Below are positions 29,898 to 40,107 of a stretch of 64,000 nt of DNA, piece by piece. Under the pieces are notes generated by a model that made no database searches, was not told the DNA's origin, and saw only the letters and a list, made by a program, of their open reading frames with translations. Source of the stretch: Solirubrobacterales bacterium (GTDB lineage: Bacteria > Actinomycetota > Thermoleophilia > Solirubrobacterales > JBBDJG01). The DNA lies in the NCBI GenBank assembly GCA_038326655.1, contig JBBQKG010000013.1:8394-72393 (forward strand), given 5' to 3'. Each line of letters starts with the position of its first letter. Position 1 is the stretch's first letter. The position numbers and the translations under genes were made by a program.

Positions 29898-30904
29898 TGC
29901 AGCTGGGCATGGTCGGCCTCGGGCGGATGGGAGCGAACCTGGTCCGGCGCTTGATGCACGAGGGCCACGAGTGCGTCGTATTCGACGTCAACCCGGACAC
30001 GGTCAAGCAGCTGGAGTCCGAGGGCGCGGTCGGCGCCAACGCGCTCGCCGAGCTCGTGTCGCGCCTCGACGTTCCGCGCGCGGTATGGGTGATGGTGCCG
30101 GCGGCGCTCACAGGCGCGACGGTCGAGCAGCTCGCCGGCCTGCTGGAGCCCGGCGACACGATCATCGACGGAGGCAACACCTACTACCGGGACGATGTCG
30201 AGCGCGCGAAGCAGCTCAGCGGCTCACAAATCCACTACGTCGACGTCGGCACGAGCGGCGGCGTGTTCGGGCTCGAGCGGGGCTTCTGCCTCATGATCGG
30301 AGGCGAACACGAGCCGGTCGAGCGCCTCGACCCGATCTTCCGCACGCTCGCGCCTGGAGCCGACGCGGCACTCCGCACCGCGGGCGCGGCGGGAGCGCCC
30401 TCGACCGCCGAGCAGGGCTACCTGCACTGCGGCCCACCCGGCGCGGGGCACTTCGTGAAGATGGTCCACAACGGCATCGAGTACGGGCTGATGGCGGCCT
30501 ACGCGGAGGGCTTCAACCTGCTGCACCAGGCGAACGCGGGCAACCGGCCGCGCGAGACCGACGCCGAGACGACGCCGTTGCGCGACCCCGAGTACTACCG
30601 CTATGAGATCGACACGGCAGCCGTCGCCGAGGTCTGGCGCCGCGGCAGCGTGATCGCCTCCTGGCTGCTCGACCTGACCGCGGCGGCGCTTCGCCAGTCG
30701 CCGGGTCTGGAGAACTTCGAGGGCCGCGTGTCGGACTCGGGCGAGGGCCGGTGGACGGTGCAGGCGGCTGTCGAGGTCGGCGTCCCGGCGAGCGTGATCA
30801 CGCACGCGCTCTACCAGCGTTTCACGTCGCGGGGAGATGCGGACTTCGCCGACCGCCTGCTGTCGGCGATGCGCAGTGAGTTCGGCGGGCACGCCGAGCG
30901 GTGA
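29897..30904 (+). CDS. gnd: 6-phosphogluconate dehydrogenase, decarboxylating (short Gnd/YqeC-type)
   Basis: [24 protein letters not shown] and [10 protein letters not shown] motifs. The ATG shares one nt with the upstream stop. Confidence 0.9.
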   Translation: MQLGMVGLGRMGANLVRRLMHEGHECVVFDVNPDTVKQLESEGAVGANALAELVSRLDVPRAVWVMVPAALTGATVEQLAGLLEPGDTIIDGGNTYYRDDVERAKQLSGSQIHYVDVGTSGGVFGLERGFCLMIGGEHEPVERLDPIFRTLAPGADAALRTAGAAGAPSTAEQGYLHCGPPGAGHFVKMVHNGIEYGLMAAYAEGFNLLHQANAGNRPRETDAETTPLRDPEYYRYEIDTAAVAEVWRRGSVIASWLLDLTAAALRQSPGLENFEGRVSDSGEGRWTVQAAVEVGVPASVITHALYQRFTSRGDADFADRLLSAMRSEFGGHAER

Positions 30905-32355
30905 CGGCCGTCGCGGCACAGGCGCGCCCCGCGGTCGACACCTCCGTCCGCACACCCGAGAACCACGTGATCGTGCTCTTCGGCGCGAGCGGCGACCTCG
31001 CCCGGCGCAAGCTGCTGCCGGGGCTCTTCCATCTCAGCGAGGCCGGCCTGATGCCGCGCGACTTTCGGATCGTGGGGTGCTCGCGCAACGCGATCAGCAG
31101 CGAGGAGTTCCGGGACCTCGCGCGAGCGGCGGTGAAGGAGTTCGGCCGGCGGCCGGCGACCGACGATTGCTGGGAGCCGTTCGCAGCGCGGCTCACCTAC
31201 GTCGGAACCGCCGAAGGGCTCGACGCGCTCGCACATACGGTCGGCGAGGCGGTCGAGGAGCTCGACGGCGAGCCGCGGCTGCTCCACTACCTCTCGGTGC
31301 CGCCCAACGCGGCGCCCGGCGTGATCGAGGAGCTCGGCAGAGCGGGCCTCCACGAGCGGGCACGGGTGATCATGGAGAAGCCGTTCGGCGTCGACCTGGA
31401 GTCCGCCCGCCGGCTCAACGCGATCGTCCACAGCGTGTTCGACGAGTCTCAGGTGTTCCGGATCGACCACTTCATCGGCAAGGAGGCGGTCCAGAACATC
31501 CTCGCGATCCGGTTTGCCAACGGGATGTTCGAGCCGGTCTGGAATCGCGACCACGTCGACCACGTGCAGATCGACGTGCCCGAGACGCTGTCGGTGGGCA
31601 CGCGCGCAGGGTTCTACGAGCAGACAGGGGCGTATCGCGACATGGTCGTGACGCACCTGTTCCAGGTGCTCGGCTTCGTCGCGATGGAGCCGCCGACCGC
31701 GATCACGTCGGAGGCGCTCGTGGCCGAGAAGCTCAAGGTTTTCGAGACGATCGAGCCCGTCGATCCGGCCGACGTCGTGCGCGGCCAGTACGAGGGCTAC
31801 CGCGAGACCCCCGGCGTCGCTCCCGGGTCGGACACGGAGACGTTCGTCGCGGTCAAGGCCTTCGTGGACAGCTGGCGATGGGCGGGCGTTCCCTTCTATC
31901 TCCGCACCGGCAAGCGCCTGCACCGCGCCGGCCACGCGATCACGGTCGGATTTCGCGAGCCGCCGCGCCGCATCTTCGACCTCGCGCCACAGGTCGAGGA
32001 TCCGAACCTGATCATGTTCGACCTCGGGGAGCCCGGCGCGATCACGACCAGCTTCCTCGCAAAGGAGCCTGGCGTAACGATGCGGCTCGGCCTGGCCCGC
32101 ATGAGATTCGACTACCAGGAGTCGTTCTCGACCGCGACGCAGCTCGAGGCCTACGAGCGGCTCCTGCACGATGCGATGATCGGCGACCGGATGCTGTTCA
32201 CGAGCGCCGAGGGGATCGAGCGGCTCTGGGAGGTCTCGGAGCCGCTGCTCGAGAGTCCGCCCCCGGTGATCCCATACCCCCCCGGGTCCTGGGGGCCGCC
32301 GGAGGCGGACGCGCTCGTCGCGCCGACCCACTGGCACATCTCCGCGCACGACTGA
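30901..32355 (+). CDS. zwf: glucose-6-phosphate 1-dehydrogenase
   Basis: [12 protein letters not shown] and RIDHFIGKE motifs. GTG 30901 overlaps the gnd stop (GTGA). Confidence 0.95.
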   Translation: MTAVAAQARPAVDTSVRTPENHVIVLFGASGDLARRKLLPGLFHLSEAGLMPRDFRIVGCSRNAISSEEFRDLARAAVKEFGRRPATDDCWEPFAARLTYVGTAEGLDALAHTVGEAVEELDGEPRLLHYLSVPPNAAPGVIEELGRAGLHERARVIMEKPFGVDLESARRLNAIVHSVFDESQVFRIDHFIGKEAVQNILAIRFANGMFEPVWNRDHVDHVQIDVPETLSVGTRAGFYEQTGAYRDMVVTHLFQVLGFVAMEPPTAITSEALVAEKLKVFETIEPVDPADVVRGQYEGYRETPGVAPGSDTETFVAVKAFVDSWRWAGVPFYLRTGKRLHRAGHAITVGFREPPRRIFDLAPQVEDPNLIMFDLGEPGAITTSFLAKEPGVTMRLGLARMRFDYQESFSTATQLEAYERLLHDAMIGDRMLFTSAEGIERLWEVSEPLLESPPPVIPYPPGSWGPPEADALVAPTHWHISAHD

Positions 32356-32359
32356 GCAG

Positions 32360-33031
32360 ATGCCCGGGCGGCTTGCGATCCTGTTCGACATCGACGGAAC
32401 GCTGATCGTCACGGGCGGCGCGGGCGGCGAGTCCTGGCGCCTTGCATTCGAGGAGCTCTACGGGGTCGAGGCCGACATCGGCAAGTACACCGACGCCGGC
32501 ATGACCGATCCCGAGGTCGGGCGCCGCACGTTCGAGCGGGTGCTCGGCCGTAAGCCGACCACGCGCGAACTCGCACGCCTGCTCTCACGCCGCAACGCGC
32601 TGCTGCCCCGCACGATCAACGAGTCGAAGGGCTACCGCGTCCTGCCGGGCGTGAAGCAGCTGCTGCCCGAGCTGTGCGAAGAGGGCTACCTGCTCGGCCT
32701 CACGACGGGCGGCGTCGAGACCGCCGCGCACATCAAGCTCGAGCGGGCGCATCTCAACCGGTACTTCCATTTCGGCGGCTACGGCTCGGACTCGGCGGAT
32801 CGCACCGAGCTGACGCGCAAGGCGATCGAGCGCGCGGCGATCGTGCTCGGGCACGCGCTCACGCCCGAGGAGGTGCTGGTGATCGGCGATACGCCGTCCG
32901 ACATCCAGGCCGCGCACGGCGCGGACGCCGTCGCCGTCGGGGTGGCGACCGGCCACTACTCGAAGCAGGAGCTGGAGCGGGCCGGCGCGGACTACGCGCT
33001 CTCCTCGCTAGAGGCGCCGCTGCCGTTGTGA
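32360..33031 (+). CDS. HAD family hydrolase (phosphatase, specificity unknown)
   Basis: DIDGTL motif I, TGG motif II region, GDTPSDI motif IV. Confidence 0.8.
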   Translation: MPGRLAILFDIDGTLIVTGGAGGESWRLAFEELYGVEADIGKYTDAGMTDPEVGRRTFERVLGRKPTTRELARLLSRRNALLPRTINESKGYRVLPGVKQLLPELCEEGYLLGLTTGGVETAAHIKLERAHLNRYFHFGGYGSDSADRTELTRKAIERAAIVLGHALTPEEVLVIGDTPSDIQAAHGADAVAVGVATGHYSKQELERAGADYALSSLEAPLPL

Positions 33032-33990
33032 GCGAGCTGTACGCCGGGGCCGACCTCGGCGGCACCAAGATCCAGGCCGTCGTGATCGGCGCGGATGGCG
33101 CGGTCGCGGGCGAGGCTCGCGAGGAGACTCCGACCGAAGGCGGACCGGAGGCGGTCACCCAGGCGGTTGCGCGGGCCGTGCGCGAGGCCGCCGCCGCGGC
33201 AGGCACCGAGCCGTCCGCGCTTGCCGCCCTCGGGGTCGGTTCGCCGGGCTCCGTCGACCAGCAGGCCGGCACGGTCGCACAGGCCTCGAACCTGCCCGGC
33301 TGGGATGCGGCGTTCCCGCTCGCCGAGCGGCTTCGCGAGGCGCTCGGGACGCGGGTCGTGATCGGCAACGACGTCAGCGTCGCAACGTGGGCCGAATTCG
33401 AGCTCGGCGCCGGGAAGCCGTATCGGTCGATCCTCGGCGTCTTCTGGGGAACCGGCGTCGGCGGGGGCTTGGTGCTCGACGGCAAACCGTGGGTCGGCCG
33501 CGGGGCCGCCGGCGAGATCGGCCACACGGTCGTCAAGATCGGCGGCCGGCGGTGCGGGTGTGGCCGCCGCGGCTGCCTCGAGGCCTACGCCGGACGGGGT
33601 TCGATGGAGCACAAGGCACGTGCGCTCGTCGAGGATGGGGACCACACGGACCTGTTCGAGATCATGAAGAAGCGCGGCCGCACCCGTTTGACCAGCGGTG
33701 TCTGGGACCGTGCGCTCAAGCAGGACGACCATTTCGCCGCACGCCTGATCGGACAGGCGGTCGAGGCGCTCGGCGCCGGGATCGCCTCCGCTGTCAACCT
33801 GCTCGACGTCGAGGCGGTCGTGATCGGAGGTGGGCTCGGCACGCGGCTCGGCGAGCCATACGTGGAGCGGATCCGCGAGGCGATGATGTTGCACGTGTTC
33901 GTCGACTCGAGGCCCCCCGAGATCCTGCTGGTGGCGCTCGGCGACCTCGGCGGCGCGGTCGGGGCGGCGCTGCTCGCGCGCGGGGCCTAG
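33028..33990 (+). CDS. ROK family glucokinase
   Basis: DLGGTK, GNDVSVA, and the zinc motif GHTVV...CGCGRRGCLEAY. GTG 33028 overlaps the HAD stop (GTGA). Confidence 0.85.
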   Translation: MSELYAGADLGGTKIQAVVIGADGAVAGEAREETPTEGGPEAVTQAVARAVREAAAAAGTEPSALAALGVGSPGSVDQQAGTVAQASNLPGWDAAFPLAERLREALGTRVVIGNDVSVATWAEFELGAGKPYRSILGVFWGTGVGGGLVLDGKPWVGRGAAGEIGHTVVKIGGRRCGCGRRGCLEAYAGRGSMEHKARALVEDGDHTDLFEIMKKRGRTRLTSGVWDRALKQDDHFAARLIGQAVEALGAGIASAVNLLDVEAVVIGGGLGTRLGEPYVERIREAMMLHVFVDSRPPEILLVALGDLGGAVGAALLARGA

Positions 33991-34013
33991 AAGACGACCC
34001 GGCCGCCGCGGCG

Positions 34014-35906
34014 TTACTCCGGGACGTCGCCGGCGACGTCCGTGCGGACCTTGTCGATCTCCCAGGCAGCCGTGATCAGGCCGATGTGGCTGAAGGCCTG
34101 GGGGAAGTTCCCGAGCAGCTCGTCGTTTGCCGTGTCGACTTCCTCGGCGAGCAGACCGAGGTCGTTCGCGTACGAGGCGAGCTTGTCGAAGAGTGCCTCG
34201 GCGCGGTCGATCTCGCCGGCCCGCGCGAGCGCCGACACGAGCCAGAACGAGCAGATCACGAAGCTCCCCTCCTCGCCCTCTAGGCCGTCCGCGTTGAGCC
34301 CCTCCTGGTTGCGGTAGCGCAGCACGAGGTCGTCCTCGGTGAGGTCCCGGGCGATCGCGTCGATCGTCGAGTGCATGCGCTCGTCGGTGGCCGGGAGGAA
34401 GCCCAGCAGCGGCATCAGCAGCGCGGCCGCGTCGAGCTCGTCGGAGTCGAACGCCTGCGCGTAGGCCTGCCGCTTCTCGCTCCACCCTCGCTCGAGCACG
34501 GCGGCGCGGACGCGGTCGCGCTCGGCGGCCCACTCGGCGGCCTTCGCACCGTGCTCCCCGAGCAGCGGGGCGAGCTTCACCGCGCGGTCGAGCGCGGTCC
34601 AGCACAGCACCTTCGAGGAGAGGTGGTGCTGCGGCTCGCCGCGCATCTCCCACATCCCCGCGTCGCGGCCCTTCCAGCCCTCGGCGGCTGCGTGCGCGAG
34701 CTCGGCGATGAACTCCTGGATCTCGGGATGCAGCTCGCCGAGCCGCTCGTGGTAGAGCCACAGGGCCTCGAGCAGCTCTCCGTAGACGTCGAGCTGGGTC
34801 TGGCCCCAGGCGCCGTTGCCGACCCGCACGGGCCGCGAGTCGCGCCACCCGGGGAGGTGGTCGAGCTCGCGCTCGGTGAGGTCGTGCTCGCCGCCGATCC
34901 CGTACATGATCTGGAGCGAGCCGCCCTGGACGCGGCCGCCCGCGGAGCTGGTCATGAACGAGACGAAGTTCTCGGCCTCGTCGGAGCAGGCGCCGATGTA
35001 TAGGGCCTGCAGCGTGAGGCTGGCGTCGCGGATCCACGAGAAGCGGTAGTCCCAGTTGCGCTCGCCGCCGGTGTCCTCGGGAAGCGAGGTGGTGGCGGCC
35101 GCGACGATCGCGCCGGTGGGGCGGTAGGTGAGGCCCTTGAGGACGCGCGAGCTGAAGCGCACGAGCTCCCTGTGCGGGCTGTCGTAGATGTCGTGCTCGC
35201 TCTCCCAGGAGCGCCAGCCCTCGACCGTGTCCTCGACCCGGGCGGCGACGGCGCTCGGCGGAGTCGGCTCCGGCGTGTCGTCCTCGACCGCGGACCAGCG
35301 CAGCGCGAAGCCGGCCTGCTGGCCCTCCACGACCGTGAACGAAGCGCGCATCGTGGAGGCGGAGATCTCGACCGGCACGCCGGCCGCGACCGCGATCCGG
35401 CAGGGGCCGCCGAACGTGCGACCGCCGTCGGGCGTGCGGCGGAAGAGCGGGCGGACAAGCCCATACTCGGGGCGGGGGGCGAGCTCCAGCTCGAGCGCCA
35501 CCGTGCCCGATACGCCCTCGACGATACGGAGAAGCTCGTGCGGAACGCTCAGGCCCAGCTCGTGATGGCGCTGGCCCAGGGCGAACGCCATCGCGTCGGT
35601 CAGCTTCGCGACGCCGGTGTCGGTGGTGAAGGTCGTTTCCAGGACGAGCGAGCCGGGGAGGTAGCGCCGCCGGGTCTCGAACGCGCCGGCGGGGCGGATC
35701 GAGAAGTGGCCCGCGTCTGCGCCCAGCAGGCGCGCGAACAGCGCCGGGCTGTCGTAGCGGGGCAGGCAGAGCCAGTCGACGGATCCCTCGCGGCTGACGA
35801 GCGCGGCCGAGTTGCAGTCCGAGAGCAGCCCGTAGTCGGCGATCGGGATGGATTGCGAAGGGGACGCGGCTTGCGCGGTGTCGGTCGTCATCCTCGAACT
35901 GGGCAT
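34014..35906 (-). CDS. glycoside hydrolase family 15 protein (glucoamylase/trehalase-like)
   Basis: IADYGLLSDCNSAALVSREGSVDWLCLPRYDSP N-terminus and a GH15 catalytic (alpha/alpha)6 region. GGAGG lies 9 nt before ATG 35906. Confidence 0.9.
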   Translation of the reverse strand: MPSSRMTTDTAQAASPSQSIPIADYGLLSDCNSAALVSREGSVDWLCLPRYDSPALFARLLGADAGHFSIRPAGAFETRRRYLPGSLVLETTFTTDTGVAKLTDAMAFALGQRHHELGLSVPHELLRIVEGVSGTVALELELAPRPEYGLVRPLFRRTPDGGRTFGGPCRIAVAAGVPVEISASTMRASFTVVEGQQAGFALRWSAVEDDTPEPTPPSAVAARVEDTVEGWRSWESEHDIYDSPHRELVRFSSRVLKGLTYRPTGAIVAAATTSLPEDTGGERNWDYRFSWIRDASLTLQALYIGACSDEAENFVSFMTSSAGGRVQGGSLQIMYGIGGEHDLTERELDHLPGWRDSRPVRVGNGAWGQTQLDVYGELLEALWLYHERLGELHPEIQEFIAELAHAAAEGWKGRDAGMWEMRGEPQHHLSSKVLCWTALDRAVKLAPLLGEHGAKAAEWAAERDRVRAAVLERGWSEKRQAYAQAFDSDELDAAALLMPLLGFLPATDERMHSTIDAIARDLTEDDLVLRYRNQEGLNADGLEGEEGSFVICSFWLVSALARAGEIDRAEALFDKLASYANDLGLLAEEVDTANDELLGNFPQAFSHIGLITAAWEIDKVRTDVAGDVPE

Positions 35907-35981
35907 TAACCCATACCTCCGTCTCGCCGGCCGGCTGTCGGGGGTCAGTTACGCGGCGGGGATTTTCGTTACAACAGACCC

Positions 35982-36830
35982 GTGAGGTTGAGGTCATCCG
36001 AGCTGGAGGCGACTTTCGAGCCGCGCGCAGGCATGGCGGGACGCTCGCTGCGCGATCGTCGCGAGGAGCTCCTGGCCGTCGACGGCATCCCGCTGCTCTA
36101 CCCCTGGGCGAACAGGCTGGCGGGGTTCGAGTACGAGGCGCTGAGCAAGCGCGTGGAGCTGGACCGCGAGTCGCCGCTCCTGGAGCTGGACCAGAACGGT
36201 CTTCCGATCCACGGGCTGCTGCGGGCCTGGACCGAGTGGGAGGTGCTCGGCCATGACGATCAAAGGCTGGAGGTGAGCCTCGACTTCGGAGTGCAACCGC
36301 GCCTGCTCGCTGCATTCCCCTTCCCGCACGAACTGCGATTTGAGGCGCGGCTCGAGGGAGCGCGGCTCGTCCTGACCACGACCGTGAACGCCAACCAGGG
36401 CTCCGCAGTACCCATCTCCTTCGGCTACCACCCGTACTTCACGCTGCCCGGCGTCCCGCGGGAGGAGTGGCAGATCGAGGTGCCGGTGCGCGAGTCGCTC
36501 GTGCTCGACGACCGGATGATCCCGACCGGCGAGCGCGAGCCGGTGCGCGGGCTCGACGGCCCGCTCGACGGGCGCAGCTTCGACGACGGCTTTGCGTCCG
36601 TCGACCACGGGCGTCCGTTCGCCGTGGCGGGAGGCGACCGGCGGATCGAAGTGCGCTTCGACGAGTGCTTCCCGTTCGCCCAGGCCTACTCGCCGCCCGG
36701 CGCGCAGTTCATCTGCTTCGAGCCGATGACGGCTCCCACGAACGCGTTGCGCAGCGGCCGGGACCTGCCGGTCGTGGCGGCGGGCGAGACGTATCGCGCA
36801 AGTTGGTCTGTAACCGTCACGAACCCCTGA
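35982..36830 (+). CDS. aldose 1-epimerase family protein
   Basis: LLYPWANRL, HGLL, GYHPYF and FEPMT motifs of the mutarotase fold. GTG start. Confidence 0.8.
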   Translation: MRLRSSELEATFEPRAGMAGRSLRDRREELLAVDGIPLLYPWANRLAGFEYEALSKRVELDRESPLLELDQNGLPIHGLLRAWTEWEVLGHDDQRLEVSLDFGVQPRLLAAFPFPHELRFEARLEGARLVLTTTVNANQGSAVPISFGYHPYFTLPGVPREEWQIEVPVRESLVLDDRMIPTGEREPVRGLDGPLDGRSFDDGFASVDHGRPFAVAGGDRRIEVRFDECFPFAQAYSPPGAQFICFEPMTAPTNALRSGRDLPVVAAGETYRASWSVTVTNP

Positions 36831-36899
36831 CCTTCGGCGCACCTCCCGCGCACCGCGCCCGGCCAAACTCGCCGAGTGATGAATCCACCCTCGGTATAG

Positions 36900-37811
36900 A
36901 TGTCGAATTCAGATCTCGCGATTGCGGCGCTGGCCGATCGCCAGCATGGCGCGGTTGCGCGCCGGCAGCTGCTCGACGGCGGGGTCAGCCGGTGCGCGAT
37001 CGAGCGCAGGATCGCCCAGGGGCGGCTGCGGCTCGTCCATCACGGCGTCTACGCGGTCGGGCATCCTCACCTGACCTCCGATGGGCGATGGATGGCGGCG
37101 GTGCTCGCGTGCGGTCCGGATGCGGTGCTGAGCCATCGCGCGGCTGCGGCGCTGTGGCTCCTGCGGCCGTCCAAGCAACTCGAGCTGACCGTGCCGGCTG
37201 CCCGCCGCCGCCCATCCATCACCCTGCACCGCATGGCGGTCGCCGACGACGAGGTCACCGAGATCCGCCGCATCCCTGTCACGACCGTGCCGCGCACGCT
37301 GTTCGACCTGGCCGCCGTGCTGCCGGCTCATCAGCTCGAACGCGCGATCAACGAAGCGGAGATCCAGCGCCTCGCCGATTCCCTTTCCCTGCCCGCCCTG
37401 CTGGCGCGCTACCCCGGCCGCCGCGGAGTCCGGACTCTCCGCGCGATCCTCGGCGAAGGCACGAGGCGCACCCGCAGCGAGCTCGAGGCGCGGTTCCTGG
37501 CGTTCCTGAGGCGGGCCGGGCTGCCGCTCCCCGAAGCAAACGCCCATCTGCTCGTCGACGGCGCCTGGGTCGAGTGCGACTGCGTCTGGCGAGACCGGCG
37601 CCTGGTGGTCGAGCTCGACGGGCATGCGACGCACGGCACCACCGCCGCGTTCGAGCGCGACCGCGACCGCGCCCGGTCCCTGCACGTCCACGGGTGGCGC
37701 ACGGTCCGCGTCACCTGGCGACAGTTGAGCGACGAACCGGAGGCACCGGCGGTTGATCTGCGGGCGCTCCTTCGCCGAGCGCCACCACTCGACTTCGTTA
37801 CCCAACCCTGA
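36900..37811 (+). CDS. DUF559 (Vsr-like endonuclease fold) protein with AbiEi-like N-terminal domain
   Basis: N-terminal GAVARRQLLDGGVSRCAIERRIAQGRLRLVHHGVYAV. C-terminal SELEARFLAFLRRAGLP...VVELDGHATHGT...RD..R...L...GW.V.RVTW. Confidence 0.8.
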   Translation: MSNSDLAIAALADRQHGAVARRQLLDGGVSRCAIERRIAQGRLRLVHHGVYAVGHPHLTSDGRWMAAVLACGPDAVLSHRAAAALWLLRPSKQLELTVPAARRRPSITLHRMAVADDEVTEIRRIPVTTVPRTLFDLAAVLPAHQLERAINEAEIQRLADSLSLPALLARYPGRRGVRTLRAILGEGTRRTRSELEARFLAFLRRAGLPLPEANAHLLVDGAWVECDCVWRDRRLVVELDGHATHGTTAAFERDRDRARSLHVHGWRTVRVTWRQLSDEPEAPAVDLRALLRRAPPLDFVTQP

Positions 37812-37815
37812 GAAG

Positions 37816-40107
37816 ATGGGCGCCTTGACCGCCTCGACCCACTACCGCACGTGCCCTCTGTGCGAGGCGACCTGCGGCCTCGAGATCGAGACCGAGGGCG
37901 AGCACGTCACCTCGATCAGGGGAGACGAGCAGGACGCGTTCTCCAAGGGCTTTCTCTGTCCGAAGGCCTATTCGCTGAAGGAGCTGCACGACGATCCCGA
38001 CCGGCTTCGTGCGCCGCTCCTGAGCCGGCCCGACGGGAGCTTCGAGGAGGTCGGCTGGGACGAGGCGTTCGCGGCGGTCGATCGCGGGTTTGCGCCGATC
38101 CTCGACCAGCACGGGCGCGATGCCGTGGCGGTCTACCTCGGCAACCCGACGGCGCACGACTACGCGGCGCTGCTCTACGGCCGCGCGGCGTTCCGCACGC
38201 TCGGCAGCAAGAACGTCTACACGGCCAGCACCGTCGACCAGATGCCGAAGCAGGTCTCCGCCGGCCTCATGTTCGGCACCGCGCTGAGCGTGCCGGTGCC
38301 CGACGTCGACCGCTGCTCGTACCTCCTGATGCTCGGCGCCAACCCGCTCGTGTCGAATGGCAGCCTCATGACCGCGCCGGACATGCGGGGCCGCCTGCGC
38401 GCGCTGCGCGCGCGGGGCGGACGCCTGGTCGTGATCGACCCGCGCCGCACCCGCACGGCCGAGGAGGCCGACGAGCACCACTTCATCCGCCCGGGCACCG
38501 ACGCGCACTTCCTGATCGCGCTCGTGCACGTGATCCTCGCCGAGGGCCTCGACGCGCCCGGCCGGCTGGCCGAACACGCCAACGGCCTCGAGGAGATCGG
38601 CAAGCTCGCGGAGGGCTTCACGCCCGAGCGCGTGAGCGACGCCTGCGGGATTCCCGCAGATGACATCCGGCGGATCGCGCGGGAGCTCGCGGGCACGAGC
38701 CCGGCCGCTTGCTACGCCCGGATCGGCACGTGCACGCAGGAATTCGGCACGCTCGCAAGCTGGCTCGTGGACGTCCTCAACATCATCACCGGCAACCTCG
38801 ACCGGCCCGGCGGCGCGATGTTCACGCGCGCGGCCGCCGGTGCCCGGAACACGGCCGGCAAGCCCGGCAGCGGGCGCGGCTTCCGGCTTGGCCGCTGGCA
38901 GAGCCGCGTGCGCGGGCTGCCGGAGGCGTTCGGCGAGCTTCCCGTGGCCGCGCTTGCGGAGGAGATCGAGACCCCGGGCGACGGGCAGGTGCGAGGGCTC
39001 CTCACGTACGCGGGTAACCCGGCGCGCTCGACGCCCAACAGCGGGCGTCTCGAGCGGGCACTCGGGCAGCTCGACTTCATGGTCTCGATCGACATCTACC
39101 TCAACGAGACCACCCGCCACGCCGATGTGATCCTCCCGGGAAGCTCGCCCCTCGAGCGCTCCCATTACGACCTCGGGCTCTACCAGCTCGCCGTACGCAA
39201 CGTCGCCAACTATTCGGCGCCGATCTTCGCGGCGGCCACCGGCCGCCCGAGCGACTGGCAGATCCTGCTGCGACTCGCCGGCATCTTCGGCGGCCAGGGG
39301 CCGGCAGCCGACCTCGAGGCGCTCGACGCCTTCGTCGCGGCGGCGGCGGTCGCCGAGGCGGCGAAGGACGGCCAGGGCCCGCTGGCCGGCCGCGCTCCGG
39401 AAGAGGTGCTCGCCGCGCTCGAGCCGCGCCGCGGCCCCGAGCGCCTGCTCGACCTGCTGCTCCGCGCCGGCCCGTATGGCGACGGCCTCGAGCAAAACGG
39501 CGGGCTGTCGCTCCGGAAGCTCGAACAGAGCCCGCACGGCATCGACCTCGGACCGCTCGAGCCACGCATCCCCGATGTCCTGCGCACCGCCTCCGGTCGG
39601 ATCGAGGTCGCACCGCCGGAGATCAGCGGGGACGTCGAGCGGCTGCGCGCCAACCTCGCGCCCGCGAACGGGTCGATCGTGCTGATCGGCCGGCGCGAGC
39701 TTCGCTCCAACAACTCGTGGATGCACAACCTCAACGTGCTCGTGAAGGGCAAGGAACGCTGCACCATGCACGTGCATCCCGACACCGCGCAGCGGCTCGG
39801 CCTCGTCGACGGCGAGCGCGCGCATGTGCGTTCCCGCGTGGGCGAGGTCGACGTGCCCGTCGTGGTGACGGACGCGATCATGCCCGGCGTCGTGAGCATC
39901 CCGCACGGCTGGGGCCACGACGCTCCGGGCACCCGCCTGACCGTCGCCGCGACCAAGCCGGGCGTGAACAGCAACCTGCTCACCGACGAGGACGTCGTCG
40001 AGCCGATCTCCGGCAACGCGGTGCTGAACGGCATTCCGGTGAGCGTCGAGCCGGCCCTAGAGGGTCACGAGCTCGAAGACGAGCGCTCCGTGCTCGACGC
40101 GCGCTAG
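37816..40107 (+). CDS. molybdopterin-dependent oxidoreductase (formate dehydrogenase/DMSO reductase superfamily, catalytic subunit)
   Basis: N-terminal 4Fe-4S motif CPLCEATCG...CPKA, MGD-binding regions, and a C-terminal molydopterin dinucleotide-binding domain. ATG 37816 preferred. Confidence 0.9.
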   Translation: MGALTASTHYRTCPLCEATCGLEIETEGEHVTSIRGDEQDAFSKGFLCPKAYSLKELHDDPDRLRAPLLSRPDGSFEEVGWDEAFAAVDRGFAPILDQHGRDAVAVYLGNPTAHDYAALLYGRAAFRTLGSKNVYTASTVDQMPKQVSAGLMFGTALSVPVPDVDRCSYLLMLGANPLVSNGSLMTAPDMRGRLRALRARGGRLVVIDPRRTRTAEEADEHHFIRPGTDAHFLIALVHVILAEGLDAPGRLAEHANGLEEIGKLAEGFTPERVSDACGIPADDIRRIARELAGTSPAACYARIGTCTQEFGTLASWLVDVLNIITGNLDRPGGAMFTRAAAGARNTAGKPGSGRGFRLGRWQSRVRGLPEAFGELPVAALAEEIETPGDGQVRGLLTYAGNPARSTPNSGRLERALGQLDFMVSIDIYLNETTRHADVILPGSSPLERSHYDLGLYQLAVRNVANYSAPIFAAATGRPSDWQILLRLAGIFGGQGPAADLEALDAFVAAAAVAEAAKDGQGPLAGRAPEEVLAALEPRRGPERLLDLLLRAGPYGDGLEQNGGLSLRKLEQSPHGIDLGPLEPRIPDVLRTASGRIEVAPPEISGDVERLRANLAPANGSIVLIGRRELRSNNSWMHNLNVLVKGKERCTMHVHPDTAQRLGLVDGERAHVRSRVGEVDVPVVVTDAIMPGVVSIPHGWGHDAPGTRLTVAATKPGVNSNLLTDEDVVEPISGNAVLNGIPVSVEPALEGHELEDERSVLDAR

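Noticed and set aside
37816-40107. Selenocysteine (in-frame TGA) in the formate-dehydrogenase-like molybdoenzyme.
   Set aside because: The frame is uninterrupted from ATG 37816 to TAG 40107. There is no internal TGA and no SECIS-like hairpin to look for.
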